Positions 18,558 to 29,020 of a stretch of DNA of 64,000 nucleotides are shown piece by piece. A program made the translations under genes and the position numbers. Below the pieces are notes generated by a model. The model worked only from the letters and a program-made list of their open reading frames with translations. It made no database searches and was not told the DNA's origin. Every line of letters begins with the position of its first letter. Position 1 is the first letter of the stretch. The DNA is from an uncultured Desulfobacter sp. (GTDB lineage Bacteria; Desulfobacterota; Desulfobacteria; Desulfobacterales; Desulfobacteraceae): NCBI GenBank assembly GCA_963665095.1, contig OY762069.1, positions 3,392,001 to 3,456,000 of the forward strand, given 5' to 3'.

Positions 18558-20051
18558 GTGACACCTTTATTTCCTGTATTAACGGCAGATGAAGCAGCCG
18601 CTTTGGTAAACGATCAGGATGCGGTTTCATTTTCAGGGTTCGGGCATGCCGGGGATGCCAAGGCGGTTCCCCTGGCCCTGGCAAGGAAGGCCAGGGCACT
18701 TCATGAAAAGGGTCAGCCTTTTGCCATGCGGATTCTCACCGGCGCCTCCAGCGGACATGTCATAGATGAGGTGCTGGCCGAGGCCAATGCCGTGTGCTGG
18801 CGGGCACCGTATCAGTCCGGCAGGGCGCTTAGAAGCCAGATCAATACCCAGAAGGTCCAGTACGTGGACATGCATCTCTCCCACCTGCCCCAGGCCCTGG
18901 CATTTGGTTTTTTTGGAAAAGTGGATTATGCCGTGGTGGAGGCCAGTGAAGTGACCCCTGACGGCAGGGTTTTTCTGACCACCGGCATTGGATGCTCCCC
19001 GACGTTCCTGAAATATGCAGACAAGGTGATCATCGAAATCAACACCCGGCAGTCCAGCCGGCTGAGAGAGTTTGCCGACATCGTTGTCATGCCCAGGCCC
19101 CCACACAGGGATCCCATCCCCATTACCCATCCCCTTTCCAGAATCGGGGTGCCCTATGCCACAGTGGATCCCAGAAAAATTGTGGCCGTGGTGGAAAACG
19201 ATGAACCGGACAACTCCGTAGCATTTACCCCGCCCAGTGAAGAGGGGCTTAAGATTGCCGGCCACCTGGTGCAGTTTCTGGCGGAAGAACGGATAAAAGA
19301 CAGAATCCCTTACGATTTTCTGCCGCTGCAGGCAGGGGTGGGCAATATCGCCAACGGGGTTATGGCTGTCCTGGGAACACATCCCGATATCCCGCAGTTT
19401 ACCATGTACTCAGAAGTATTTCAGGACTCCCTGGTGGATCTGATCGAGACAGGACGGTTAAAGGGGGCCAGTGCCACAGCCCTCACCCTAAGTCCTGACG
19501 CCCTAACCCGGGTGGTGAACAACATGGATTTTTTCTCTGATAAAATTGTTCTGCGGCCCCAGGAAATCTCCAACCACCCCGGCATTATCCGGCGGCTTGG
19601 GGTCATTGCCATGAATACCGCCATTGAGGCTGACATCTACGGCAATGTGAACTCCTCCCATATCTATGGCATGGATATCATGAACGGCATCGGCGGCAGC
19701 GGGGAGTTCACACGCAACGCCTATCTCTCGATTTTCATGACCCCTTCCGTGGCCAAACAGGGCAAGGTATCGGCCATCGTGCCCATGTGTCCTCACATTG
19801 ACAACAATGAACACTCGGTTCAGGTGATTGTCACCGAGCAGGGGATAGCGGACTTAAGAGGTTTAGGCCCCATGCAACGGGCAAAAAGCATCATTAAAAA
19901 CTGTGCCCATCCTCTTTACAAGGAGTATCTGTACAAATATCTTGACACTGCACGTCCCGGGCATATTTCCCATAACCTGTCCGCATGTTTTGAACTTCAT
20001 GAAAACCTGCTCAACACAGGCCGGATGCTGCCGGATCTGAAACTGCCCTGA
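18558..20051 (+). CDS. Acetyl-CoA hydrolase/succinate:acetate CoA-transferase (family I)
   Basis: TGASSG, RAPYQS, DMHLSH, LQAGVGNIAN, YSEV and MNGIGGSGEF; GTG start after AAGGAGG. Confidence 0.92.
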   Translation: MTPLFPVLTADEAAALVNDQDAVSFSGFGHAGDAKAVPLALARKARALHEKGQPFAMRILTGASSGHVIDEVLAEANAVCWRAPYQSGRALRSQINTQKVQYVDMHLSHLPQALAFGFFGKVDYAVVEASEVTPDGRVFLTTGIGCSPTFLKYADKVIIEINTRQSSRLREFADIVVMPRPPHRDPIPITHPLSRIGVPYATVDPRKIVAVVENDEPDNSVAFTPPSEEGLKIAGHLVQFLAEERIKDRIPYDFLPLQAGVGNIANGVMAVLGTHPDIPQFTMYSEVFQDSLVDLIETGRLKGASATALTLSPDALTRVVNNMDFFSDKIVLRPQEISNHPGIIRRLGVIAMNTAIEADIYGNVNSSHIYGMDIMNGIGGSGEFTRNAYLSIFMTPSVAKQGKVSAIVPMCPHIDNNEHSVQVIVTEQGIADLRGLGPMQRAKSIIKNCAHPLYKEYLYKYLDTARPGHISHNLSACFELHENLLNTGRMLPDLKLP

Positions 20052-20104
20052 CAGCAGAGAAGCCCTGCAAAGCGTTTTCCCCTCCAGGAGAACGGTCCGG
20101 CGGC

Positions 20105-23100
20105 CTATGAGCCGGCTGATGCTTTTTCCTGGGCCATCTGCATGTAATATCTGGTTTCAGCATCATTTGGACTATATTTCAATGCACGGTCCAACAGAAC
20201 AATGGCTTCTTTGTACCGGCCCTGCTGCAGGCAGACAGCCCCGAGTTCACTTAAGGCAACAGGGTCTTCCGGGACCAGATCCAGGGCTTTTTGCAATTCG
20301 CTCATGGCCTTGTTTGTTTTCCCCTGGCGGCGGGCCACCATGCCTAAGTATTTGTGGGAATCTGCCCTGCCCGGTGCCAGGCGGACGGCCTCCGCCAGCC
20401 TGGCGTAAGCCTGGTCCAGGTTTCCGGTCCGGGCAAGCAGCAGGCCAAGGAGTGTCATGGCAGCCTCATGGCCCGGGTCAAGGGTGATGGCCCGGTTCAG
20501 GCTGGCCGCAGCCTCACTGTTCCGGCCTGAGGCGATCAGGCCCAGCCCGAGATTGAAATGGTCCATGGCCCGGGTATCGTCCCGGGCCAGTTGTTTTTGA
20601 ATGGATCTGACCTGAACCACTGCACATTCCGCCTTTAAGCCGGGATCATTGAAAATACTGTAGGAAGGAATCAGGACGCGGCCGCAGTATGCCGCCACGG
20701 TCTGCCTGTAGCGCGCCTGCTGGTCTGAAGTCAACCGGTCCAGGGGCAGCAGGCTGAACATGGGTACATTGGCCGAGGCATTGAACAGGACCAGATCCAG
20801 CAGCGCCCCCAAAGGGTCTTTACGTTGCATCTCCAGGGTGGCAGGTGCAAGCCTGGCCTTGCTCCCGCCGGCCAGCCGGTCAATGTCCAGGGTCTTTTTG
20901 TAAAGCATCCTGGGCGCTGCAAACTCCAGGTATGGATGGTTATCCGTATGCAGCCGTCCCGGCCCGAAAAGTGCGGGCAGGTCCTGGTTTAAGAACAGGT
21001 GGGCAAGAAAATCCGGGGTATCGGGGATATCAACGGTTTGGGATTTACATGCAAAAACCATATTCTTTTCTGCCACAGACCAGTCAAGCACACGGTGTGA
21101 ATCTTTTACCCCTAAAAGCAGGTAATCCACAGGCCCCACTTTGATCATGCTGCTTTTCGGGAATGCCGTTGCAAAGGTCCGGCCCAAAAGGGAAAAGGTA
21201 TCCCAGTCCATCTCATAGGCCTGGATCCACTGGGCAAACAGGCCATTCTCGGTCAGATGCTGCCTGGCCAGTTCAAAAAACTCCAGGGAATAGAGGTTGG
21301 CCAGGCCAGCCATCCAGGGATTGGAGGGTTCTGAAATGATCACATCATAGGTATCCCGGGTCAGCGCCAGGTGATTGCGGCCGTCCTGGATAATCATGCG
21401 GGTGCGCGGATCGTCAAGGCAGTGGTTGTTCCAGGGACCGAAAAACCGGTCACATGCCTCTACCACCTGTGAATTAATCTCCACGATATCCAGCTTTTGG
21501 ATCGGATAGAGCAGGACTTCTCCGGCAGTCATGCCTGAAGCAAGTCCCAGCACCATCACGTTTTCGGCATGGGGATGAAACAGCAAAGGAATGTGTGCGG
21601 AAAGTGCCTGGGTGGAGCAGTCGCCGTGGGAAGAGGCATCTGCCTTGCCGCTGTTGAACATGGCATATTCCACATTGCCCAGACTTGTCACCTCTTTTTC
21701 CACCGTGGTGAATCCCGCCGGACCTTCGCCCTTGAACACCACAGACAGTCCCTGGCGCAGACCTGCAATCCGCCCGGTCCCCTGCCACAGGGCCTGAACC
21801 CAGCCGGTGCGCTGCAAATCCGCTTCAATGGCGGCAAAATCCCGGTACCAACCCCGGGACAAAAGCTCGGTTTTCCAGGCCGGGAACTGGTACATCACCA
21901 CAAGGCCTGAAATCATGGCGGCACCTGCGGCCAGGCGGATGTGCCGGGTCTCCCTGGCTCGCCAATACAGGGAAAGCAGCCAGAAAAACGCCAGGGCAAA
22001 CTGAACCATGGCCACCAGACGCAACCCGCCTGCCTTGCCCAGAAAGGGGATCAGCACAAATCCGGCAACAAAGGAGCCCATCAGGGATCCCAGGGTGTTC
22101 AGGGCATAGGCTGTACCCAGGGAGCGGCCTATGGAGTCAAGGCGTGCACTGCAAAGCTTGTTAACCAGAGGGAATGCCGCCCCTGAAAAAAGGGTTGTGG
22201 GCAGCAGCAGGGCAAACAGCAGCAGGGCCTGGACGGTCATCAACAGGGTAAACTGGTCCCTGAAGGTATAGATCAGCTTGGCAAAAAGAAACTGGCTGTT
22301 TCCCAGCATCTGGCTCACGGCAATGGCAGACACGGCGGCCCCCATCTGGGTAATGATCAGCCAGTGCTTGGGAAATCGCGTTTTGTCTGCAAGATGCCCG
22401 AAAAGCATACTACCCAGGGCCAGACCCGTGATAAAGGTGGCCACAACAATGGTAAAACAGAAACTGGTGGGGCCGGCAATGAGGCCTAAAAGGCGGGTCC
22501 ACAGCACCTCATAGGCCATGGAACAGAAACCTGACACGGCAAATATCACCAGGGGCCATGACAGCGCTCCATGGGGGTGGCCGCTATCTGTGGAAATGTC
22601 AGATTTTATTTCGTCCCGGTGCTGGGCCTGAGTATTCAGGGCTGCTGCGGCCGTCCGGGACATCAGAATGCATGCCCCCCCTATGAATCCATTGATCCCG
22701 GTGAAGATAAACAGAGTAACCCAGACCCCTAAACTTTGGATCAGCACAAAACCGCACAGGATTACACCAATGGCCGCGCCTGCTGTGTTCAGGCCATAGA
22801 GCCACCCGGTGCGGGTCCCGATATGATCGGTGCGAAGGACATAATAGCGGCACAGCACCGGCAGGGTCGCGCCCATCAGGGCCGCCGGGACAACCAGCAC
22901 CAGGACACACCCGGCAAAGGCCGCTGCCTGATACCATAAAAACTGATCCAGCAGCCGGTCATAGATGATCCGATAAAGGGGCAGGCCTGCTTGGATGACA
23001 AACGGTACCGCCAGGGCACAGGCACCAATGCCGAGCTCAAGCTTGCCGTACAATGCCAGAAGAGAGGCCCTTGACGGGAACCTGTCGATGACCCGGCTGA

Positions 23101-23323
23101 TGAAAAAGCTGCCCACTGCAAGGCCGGCCATAAAAACGGTGAGCACCGTGGCAACGGCAAATGGGGCGCTGCCGATCACCTTATCGATCATTCTCACCCA
23201 TAAAAGTTCGTACACCAGGCCGGAGGCACCGGAAAGAAAAAAACAAAGGCCGATAAAAACCGGCAGAATATTTGAAGGAATAAAGATTAAACGCTTGGAG
23301 CGGTTCCGGGTTTTGTCAGCCAT
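20105..23323 (-). CDS. Fused MFS-like membrane domain/spermidine synthase with C-terminal TPR repeats
   Basis: FFLSGASGLVYELLW repeats; VLGLASGMTA, VEIN, DGRNHL and DVIISEPSNPW; TPR-like helices at the C-terminus. Confidence 0.9.
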   Translation of the reverse strand: MADKTRNRSKRLIFIPSNILPVFIGLCFFLSGASGLVYELLWVRMIDKVIGSAPFAVATVLTVFMAGLAVGSFFISRVIDRFPSRASLLALYGKLELGIGACALAVPFVIQAGLPLYRIIYDRLLDQFLWYQAAAFAGCVLVLVVPAALMGATLPVLCRYYVLRTDHIGTRTGWLYGLNTAGAAIGVILCGFVLIQSLGVWVTLFIFTGINGFIGGACILMSRTAAAALNTQAQHRDEIKSDISTDSGHPHGALSWPLVIFAVSGFCSMAYEVLWTRLLGLIAGPTSFCFTIVVATFITGLALGSMLFGHLADKTRFPKHWLIITQMGAAVSAIAVSQMLGNSQFLFAKLIYTFRDQFTLLMTVQALLLFALLLPTTLFSGAAFPLVNKLCSARLDSIGRSLGTAYALNTLGSLMGSFVAGFVLIPFLGKAGGLRLVAMVQFALAFFWLLSLYWRARETRHIRLAAGAAMISGLVVMYQFPAWKTELLSRGWYRDFAAIEADLQRTGWVQALWQGTGRIAGLRQGLSVVFKGEGPAGFTTVEKEVTSLGNVEYAMFNSGKADASSHGDCSTQALSAHIPLLFHPHAENVMVLGLASGMTAGEVLLYPIQKLDIVEINSQVVEACDRFFGPWNNHCLDDPRTRMIIQDGRNHLALTRDTYDVIISEPSNPWMAGLANLYSLEFFELARQHLTENGLFAQWIQAYEMDWDTFSLLGRTFATAFPKSSMIKVGPVDYLLLGVKDSHRVLDWSVAEKNMVFACKSQTVDIPDTPDFLAHLFLNQDLPALFGPGRLHTDNHPYLEFAAPRMLYKKTLDIDRLAGGSKARLAPATLEMQRKDPLGALLDLVLFNASANVPMFSLLPLDRLTSDQQARYRQTVAAYCGRVLIPSYSIFNDPGLKAECAVVQVRSIQKQLARDDTRAMDHFNLGLGLIASGRNSEAAASLNRAITLDPGHEAAMTLLGLLLARTGNLDQAYARLAEAVRLAPGRADSHKYLGMVARRQGKTNKAMSELQKALDLVPEDPVALSELGAVCLQQGRYKEAIVLLDRALKYSPNDAETRYYMQMAQEKASAGS

Positions 23324-23408
23324 GCGGCCCCCCAATATCAGGTGTCAGATCAACATCACTCATTTCAGCATGCCACGACACCCCAATTATGATGGAACCC
23401 TTATCTTG

Positions 23409-24143
23409 TCAACCCATTTCCGGATCATCCGCGGCAATGACTGACATATTTTCAGGCCCAAACCCCGGACATCCGGTCATGCGCGCATGCTTTCGGGTGA
23501 AAGGGTATTCCCTGCACGCCAGGGGCTTTACTTCCTGGATCATACAAAAACACCTGCGTTCCCCAGGGGTTTCACCTAAAAACGGGCATGGCTGAACCGT
23601 TCTGCCGGTGGCGGGATCCACCCAGATGCGGTACTGCCGGTCTCCGGCCGGAAGCTGCTCCTCCCGAACCCATGCCAGGATATCTTTGCGTCCATGGCGC
23701 TCCCACAACATCACATCTTCCTGTGCACATGCATTGTCCAGATTTCTGCAGCAGTTTCCACACCGCCTGCACGTCAGGCCATTCATCTGGCTGTCTATCC
23801 AGACCCCGGATTCCCCGTCAACCACTCCCGGGCAGGTATCTGTTTCAAACACCAGGACAGCTGCCCGGGCCATGGATGCCGCATCCAGATCCAATGTTTC
23901 AAGGGCATGGATGAGATAAAACCCAAGGACATCGCTATCAACGGCCTCGAATCCAAGATGCTTTCCCCGCCTTATCAAAGCGGCTTTGCCCTCTTCAGCG
24001 CCACCTCTCTTAAAGTCATCTCCAAGAACCAGGGAAGCAATCCTGCGAAACAATTCCGGCTGTCTGCCGTATTGATCGAAATCCAAAGCAACGGCATCAA
24101 CAAACTGCTGTCGCGTCAAAAAGGTCTGGAAATCTTCGTTCAT
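23409..24143 (-). CDS. YkgJ-family (CxxCxxCC) cysteine-cluster protein
   Basis: CRRCGNCC..CPFL..C.IQEVKPLACREYP..GC. Confidence 0.85.
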   Translation of the reverse strand: MNEDFQTFLTRQQFVDAVALDFDQYGRQPELFRRIASLVLGDDFKRGGAEEGKAALIRRGKHLGFEAVDSDVLGFYLIHALETLDLDAASMARAAVLVFETDTCPGVVDGESGVWIDSQMNGLTCRRCGNCCRNLDNACAQEDVMLWERHGRKDILAWVREEQLPAGDRQYRIWVDPATGRTVQPCPFLGETPGERRCFCMIQEVKPLACREYPFTRKHARMTGCPGFGPENMSVIAADDPEMG

Positions 24144-24616
24144 AAGCGGCCTCTCCAATATTTGTGGAAACAGGAACTAACTGAAAAAGAGATTCAAGTT
24201 GAACAGACAGAGGCAAACCCAACCATCTATCTGTTATGACTATTTGGTTTATTGATTTGACTCATGGCACAGTTTTTTGAAATAATTTTTCACCCTTGAA
24301 CAAACTGGCCAAGATCAAACTATACCAGCTATATAAAAATTTTATTTTAATATTTCAGAAAGTTAACCTGGCGTATGCCAAAAGTCAATCAGGCAATAAA
24401 GTAAGTTATCTCTATCATGTCAACACAATTTCGAAATCAGTCCGACAAGGGGTGGTATCCACATGTATCAGTTATTGACCTATCTATTTGAATGTATTAA
24501 AGTTCGCAGGTATTCGTGTTAAAAATATTCTCTTGTTTTTCCAGACAATTATCGCCAGTTGCGTTGTGAATACAGATCCAGATGTTAAAAAGAAACAGTA
24601 CCAAATCCAAAAAGAG

Positions 24617-26290
24617 ATGAAAATCATGAGAATTTTCAAAAAGGTGCCCGCCATACTCGTCCTTGTTTGCTGTTTAACTGCCTGCACAGGCTCCCGCTTC
24701 GGTATCCAGCGTCATCCGGCTGAAAAAATGCCCGACTTACCCTCTCGCACCATACAACTGGAAAATGTCCTGGCCCCCCGGGAAGGTTTGGAGGCTGTGG
24801 AGTATTCCTTTGATTTTCCCATAAAAAGGTTATTTTTTCATACAGAAGGGAACCAGGTTCTTATCATTGGCACCAACAAGAAAAACAATGCCAAAGAAAA
24901 TCCGCTGATTATGCTCAACATGCCCGGATTCGAACCTGCCTGGCATGCAAAAACCCTGGCACCCTATTTCAAAGTTTTTATTCCGAAAAAAGTGCCGGAG
25001 ATTATTGTCTTTGCCGGCCCGAGGCAATTATTTGGTGTGAGCAGCAGTACAGGAGAGATCGTATGGCAACGGCCGGGGAATAACATTACCCAGGGCTTTT
25101 CCGAACACCTGGCTTTTGGGAAGCGGGAGGTCAATGTAGGCACCGATGAAAAGATGACGACAAAAACCCAATTGCAATTTTTTGATGTCCGGGATGGCAA
25201 AACGCTGTGGGAGAGAGGGTATTGTGATACTGATATATGGAACCGGTCCGTTCAGATCCACCAGGAAAAAACTTTGATTTTATACGGTGACGGACTGCAT
25301 TCCTATGACCTGAAAAACGGTGAGGGATGGAGCTGTGAAGTTGACAGTCATGCCATCGGCGGCGTCGGCGCCGTAGTGGCAGGCCAGATTCTGTCTGCCC
25401 TGGCCGGTGTGCCAAGCGGCACCAGAATCGATCATTATACCGGCCTGCATTCCAATGTCCTTATCAGCGGCGACAAGATATACTATGCAGGCAACCGTGT
25501 CCTGGTCTGTCTGAATCTGGAGACAGGGAAAGAGATCTGGAATGTGGATCTGCCCCAGGTCGCGGCCCATTCCGGTCTTATGGAAGAAGATGGCCACCTG
25601 CTGATGATCGGTTTTGGATGGTGTTATAAAAACAATGTCATTACAGATTACAGCACACCCTTTGTGGCACGTTTTGACAAAAGCAGCGGCGCGCAGCTGC
25701 TCTACCAGGATGTGGGCCTGAAATCCAGGGTGAATGATCATATCATCACACAGGACGGATACGGTCTGGTTTGCGGCGGAGAGTTCATTCTGGTGGACAA
25801 GCGCAACCCTGCAACCATTATCCGCCCGGATGGACCTGGAAACCATAGTAATGACGCAGGTGCCAAAGCTTTAGGAATGATCAAAAATCTTAAGAACTAT
25901 TATTTCCTGGAAAATGGACAATTCATAAGTCTGGCAACGCTTGAGGACGAAACCAGTATCTGGCTGAACACCGGGGACGCGTTTATCCAGTATGGACCTG
26001 ATTTAACAGTTCGCCGCCGCTTTCCTAAAACAGGACTTTTTTCTCAGCTTTACACAAACGAGTCCCTTGTGCTGATCCGTGGTATAACACCTGCAACCCC
26101 AAAAACCCAACCGGACGGCCATCAAAACATCAAGGTGCTTGATGCCGGCAGTGACGGGAAAAATCTGCTGGCAGATATTAAAACAGCATATGCCTGTCAG
26201 ATTGTGGCAGACTCACTGATACTGTGGGATCATACCATATTTACCGACAAGGTGATTGTGCTGCCTTTGAACAAACTGACCATGCCCTAG
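24617..26290 (+). CDS. Lipoprotein with PQQ-like beta-propeller repeats
   Basis: Lipobox LTAC after a hydrophobic stretch; TGEIVW, DGKTLW and TGKEIW repeats. Confidence 0.75.
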   Translation: MKIMRIFKKVPAILVLVCCLTACTGSRFGIQRHPAEKMPDLPSRTIQLENVLAPREGLEAVEYSFDFPIKRLFFHTEGNQVLIIGTNKKNNAKENPLIMLNMPGFEPAWHAKTLAPYFKVFIPKKVPEIIVFAGPRQLFGVSSSTGEIVWQRPGNNITQGFSEHLAFGKREVNVGTDEKMTTKTQLQFFDVRDGKTLWERGYCDTDIWNRSVQIHQEKTLILYGDGLHSYDLKNGEGWSCEVDSHAIGGVGAVVAGQILSALAGVPSGTRIDHYTGLHSNVLISGDKIYYAGNRVLVCLNLETGKEIWNVDLPQVAAHSGLMEEDGHLLMIGFGWCYKNNVITDYSTPFVARFDKSSGAQLLYQDVGLKSRVNDHIITQDGYGLVCGGEFILVDKRNPATIIRPDGPGNHSNDAGAKALGMIKNLKNYYFLENGQFISLATLEDETSIWLNTGDAFIQYGPDLTVRRRFPKTGLFSQLYTNESLVLIRGITPATPKTQPDGHQNIKVLDAGSDGKNLLADIKTAYACQIVADSLILWDHTIFTDKVIVLPLNKLTMP

Positions 26291-28917
26291 TCCGATTTTT
26301 TGACCCCGACTTCAAGGCCCGCGTGCGCCGCCGGATAGGTGTCCACCATATAATAGGCCCGTACCGGCCCCTTAAAGCCGCTGTCACCCAGGGAAAGGCG
26401 CACCTGGCTGACAAGTCCTGCCGCATCTGTGGCCACCCGGGTGTTGTCAATGTAAGGCAGTGGCACGGGGCGGTTGGTCCGTTCATCTACCAGCAGAAGA
26501 CTGTGAACATGGGCTGACTTTTCTAAACGGTTCCCGGAAATATCTACGAGGACTTCGTCATGGCTGCAGCTGAAATTCACCCGACCTGAAAACCCCGGCC
26601 CCAAGGTCATGCCGCTGTTAAACAGGCTGTAATCCGCCCCGCCGAAAATGGTCATCCTGCCGGTGTCAAATTCAGACATACCCAATAATTTTAAAAAATG
26701 GCCGTAGAATTCTATTTGGTCACAGGCCACCACTGCATTCACAGCAGCATGGCTTTTTGCGGTTCTGGTGCCAGGGTCAATGGCTGTGCTGATGCGGAAG
26801 AGTTCAATGGGCATGTCCCAGGAGCCATTCATGTCCAGCAGAATGCCGTCATAGTTATAGAGGGTAACAAGATCTCCGTCATGGGCCAGCATCATGGGAA
26901 ACCGCACTTCAAGATCCGGATCAATTACCGTGGTACCCTCCTTTGCAGAAAGTTTCCCGCCAATGCCCCAAAGAATCGTATGATCCTTGTTTTGCTCCAC
27001 CACCCCTAAAATATAGTGCAGAGAATCATACCCGATCTGGTTGTAGGAGGGCAGGATGGAGGGATTGGCCGGCGCCAGGCGGGAAATTTCAACAACCGAC
27101 GAGGGAGATCCTTTTCCATCGGGCACCTTGAGCGGCATGCCGGCCCCTTTTCGGGGCAGGACATCAAATGTCATATTCTGGTCAAACTGTCCCCCTTTGC
27201 TGCCCCGGAAGAATTTAAGGCCCACCCGGGCAAAGTTACGCTGCCATGCGCCACGGATATTAAACGTCAGACTTCCGCCCTCCTTTCCGGTCCAGTATTC
27301 CCTGGGGATAAGGGTAAAAAACTGGCCGCTGGCGGCAGTGTCACACCGGAAAGCTGTGTTAGACCCATCGACCTTGATCTCAAGGGAATCCCTGTCAATG
27401 GCTGTTTTTATTGTATCGCCGTTTTCCCGGACCACGAGGGAAAAACAGAGCGGAGCATTGGCATGAATCGCTTTTTTTTGTGTGGATTCAAGGGCTCCAA
27501 AGGGCTCGGTGCGGATGAGAAAGACCCCGTTATCCGGCAGATCCTCTCCGGCCAGGGCCACCGCATGGGGATCTGCTTTGCCCTTTTCGGTTAACGGATA
27601 ATCATAGGGAACAAAAAAGACGCCGCCGCTTTCTCCGGCGATGTAGACCCCTTTTCGCCCCAGTGCAGGAGAGGCATTGATATCATTTCGTACATCGGCG
27701 ATCAGCTGCCAGGCCCATCTAAAGGTCCCGTCGGGATTAAGGCAGTAAAGCCTGCCCTGGCCGGATCCGAAATAAATCCGGTCCTGGCCGTCCACAGCCG
27801 GGGAGGAGCGGATGGGCTCCTTGGTGTCATAGGCCCATACCACTTTGCCGGTTTCCGGATTCAGTGCATACACGGTGCCGTCCGTGGAGGGCTGGATCAG
27901 GGTGCCGTTGGAAAGCTGTGCGCAGCTGGCGTAAATGTGGTCCCGGGTGCCAAAAGACCAGATCCTGTGGCCGTCCTTTTGCCCGAAGGCCCGCACCATC
28001 CCGTCAAATCCCCCCACAATGGCAGCCCCGTGTTCGTGGGCGTTTGTCAGCAGCACAGAAGCGGCATTGGTGCCAAATCCCCCCCGGGTCCAGCTGGCTT
28101 CATAGGTGTCCGCATCAAAGGCATAGACATTTTTAAGTGCCATGAAATTGGAGCCGGTGATAATTTTATTTGTGATCGGGTTCACTGCAGGCAGAGACCA
28201 GCCCATTTCATTAAGCAGGTACTGGCCCATGGGTTTGCCAGAATCCCGGTCCAGACGGTAGATCAGGTAGTTATCATTGGGAGCCAGGATGGAGCCGTCC
28301 GGCAGCATGGCAATGTTGCCCTCAAACCAGTTAAGATTATATGTTTTCACGCCAAAAAGCCGAGTCACCTCTTCCGGGGTGTGGGCCTTAAACGTCCAGA
28401 GCGTTTTGCCGGTGTTGCGATCAAAGGCATAGACCTGACCGTCGCCCGAGCCCACAAACACCCGGCCCTGGTTGTCCAGCAGTGCACTTGAGTCTATAAT
28501 CTCACCGGTCAGTACCTTCCATTTCAATTTCCCGTTCTGGTCTACGGCATAAAAATAGTGGTCTGCAGACCCGATGTAAACGGTACCCTCTTTATCCACC
28601 ACAGGGGAGCTGAAAATACCTTTACCCGTGGCGAAGGTCCAGGGGGACAGGATGCTTTTTTCCGGGATTACCCGGCTGCGGCCGTTCTGCAGGGCGTTGT
28701 TTCTGAATTTGGGCCAGGGGCTGTGCGGGTCCAGAGGTAAGGCATACCCGAAACCGTCTGTCCCGCTATTGCCGCCTGCGGGTGTATCAGGCACCATGAC
28801 ATAATTGGTAAAGCTGATATTGTTCCAGCACAGAGCCAGCCAGCCTGAAACCAGAATCAAAATCACCGGCACAGCATACAAAACATACCTTTTTTTTAAA
28901 AAAACAGGGAAAGTCAT
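26287..28917 (-). CDS. Membrane-anchored PQQ-like beta-propeller repeat protein
   Basis: N-terminal TM; repeated SSP..D..G.VY.GS.D..YA..G...W motifs; large C-terminal domain not recognised. Confidence 0.85.
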   Translation of the reverse strand: MTFPVFLKKRYVLYAVPVILILVSGWLALCWNNISFTNYVMVPDTPAGGNSGTDGFGYALPLDPHSPWPKFRNNALQNGRSRVIPEKSILSPWTFATGKGIFSSPVVDKEGTVYIGSADHYFYAVDQNGKLKWKVLTGEIIDSSALLDNQGRVFVGSGDGQVYAFDRNTGKTLWTFKAHTPEEVTRLFGVKTYNLNWFEGNIAMLPDGSILAPNDNYLIYRLDRDSGKPMGQYLLNEMGWSLPAVNPITNKIITGSNFMALKNVYAFDADTYEASWTRGGFGTNAASVLLTNAHEHGAAIVGGFDGMVRAFGQKDGHRIWSFGTRDHIYASCAQLSNGTLIQPSTDGTVYALNPETGKVVWAYDTKEPIRSSPAVDGQDRIYFGSGQGRLYCLNPDGTFRWAWQLIADVRNDINASPALGRKGVYIAGESGGVFFVPYDYPLTEKGKADPHAVALAGEDLPDNGVFLIRTEPFGALESTQKKAIHANAPLCFSLVVRENGDTIKTAIDRDSLEIKVDGSNTAFRCDTAASGQFFTLIPREYWTGKEGGSLTFNIRGAWQRNFARVGLKFFRGSKGGQFDQNMTFDVLPRKGAGMPLKVPDGKGSPSSVVEISRLAPANPSILPSYNQIGYDSLHYILGVVEQNKDHTILWGIGGKLSAKEGTTVIDPDLEVRFPMMLAHDGDLVTLYNYDGILLDMNGSWDMPIELFRISTAIDPGTRTAKSHAAVNAVVACDQIEFYGHFLKLLGMSEFDTGRMTIFGGADYSLFNSGMTLGPGFSGRVNFSCSHDEVLVDISGNRLEKSAHVHSLLLVDERTNRPVPLPYIDNTRVATDAAGLVSQVRLSLGDSGFKGPVRAYYMVDTYPAAHAGLEVGVKKSD

Positions 28918-28932
28918 GGCGCCTCACAAATA

Positions 28933-28984
28933 AATAAATTGTGGTTTAGTAATTTTATCCATGATAAATAAACGGCTATTCAGT
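28933..28984. promoter_or_regulatory. Two similar 18-bp imperfect palindromes (putative TetR operators)
   Basis: aataaattgtggtttagt (28933-50) and aataaacggctattcagt (28967-84) lie between the divergent propeller and TetR genes; TTGACA on the minus strand at 28989-94. Confidence 0.5.
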
Positions 28985-29020
28985 TATATGTCAACCCAAT
29001 TTTACACAGGCACAAAAAAT

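Noticed and set aside
24265..24281. Sigma54 promoter (TGGCAC...TTGA)
   Set aside because: The -12 GC is absent and the spacing is off by one.
24488..24616. N-terminal extension of the propeller lipoprotein in the ORF track
   Set aside because: The lipoprotein signal only makes sense from ATG 24617 or 24626.
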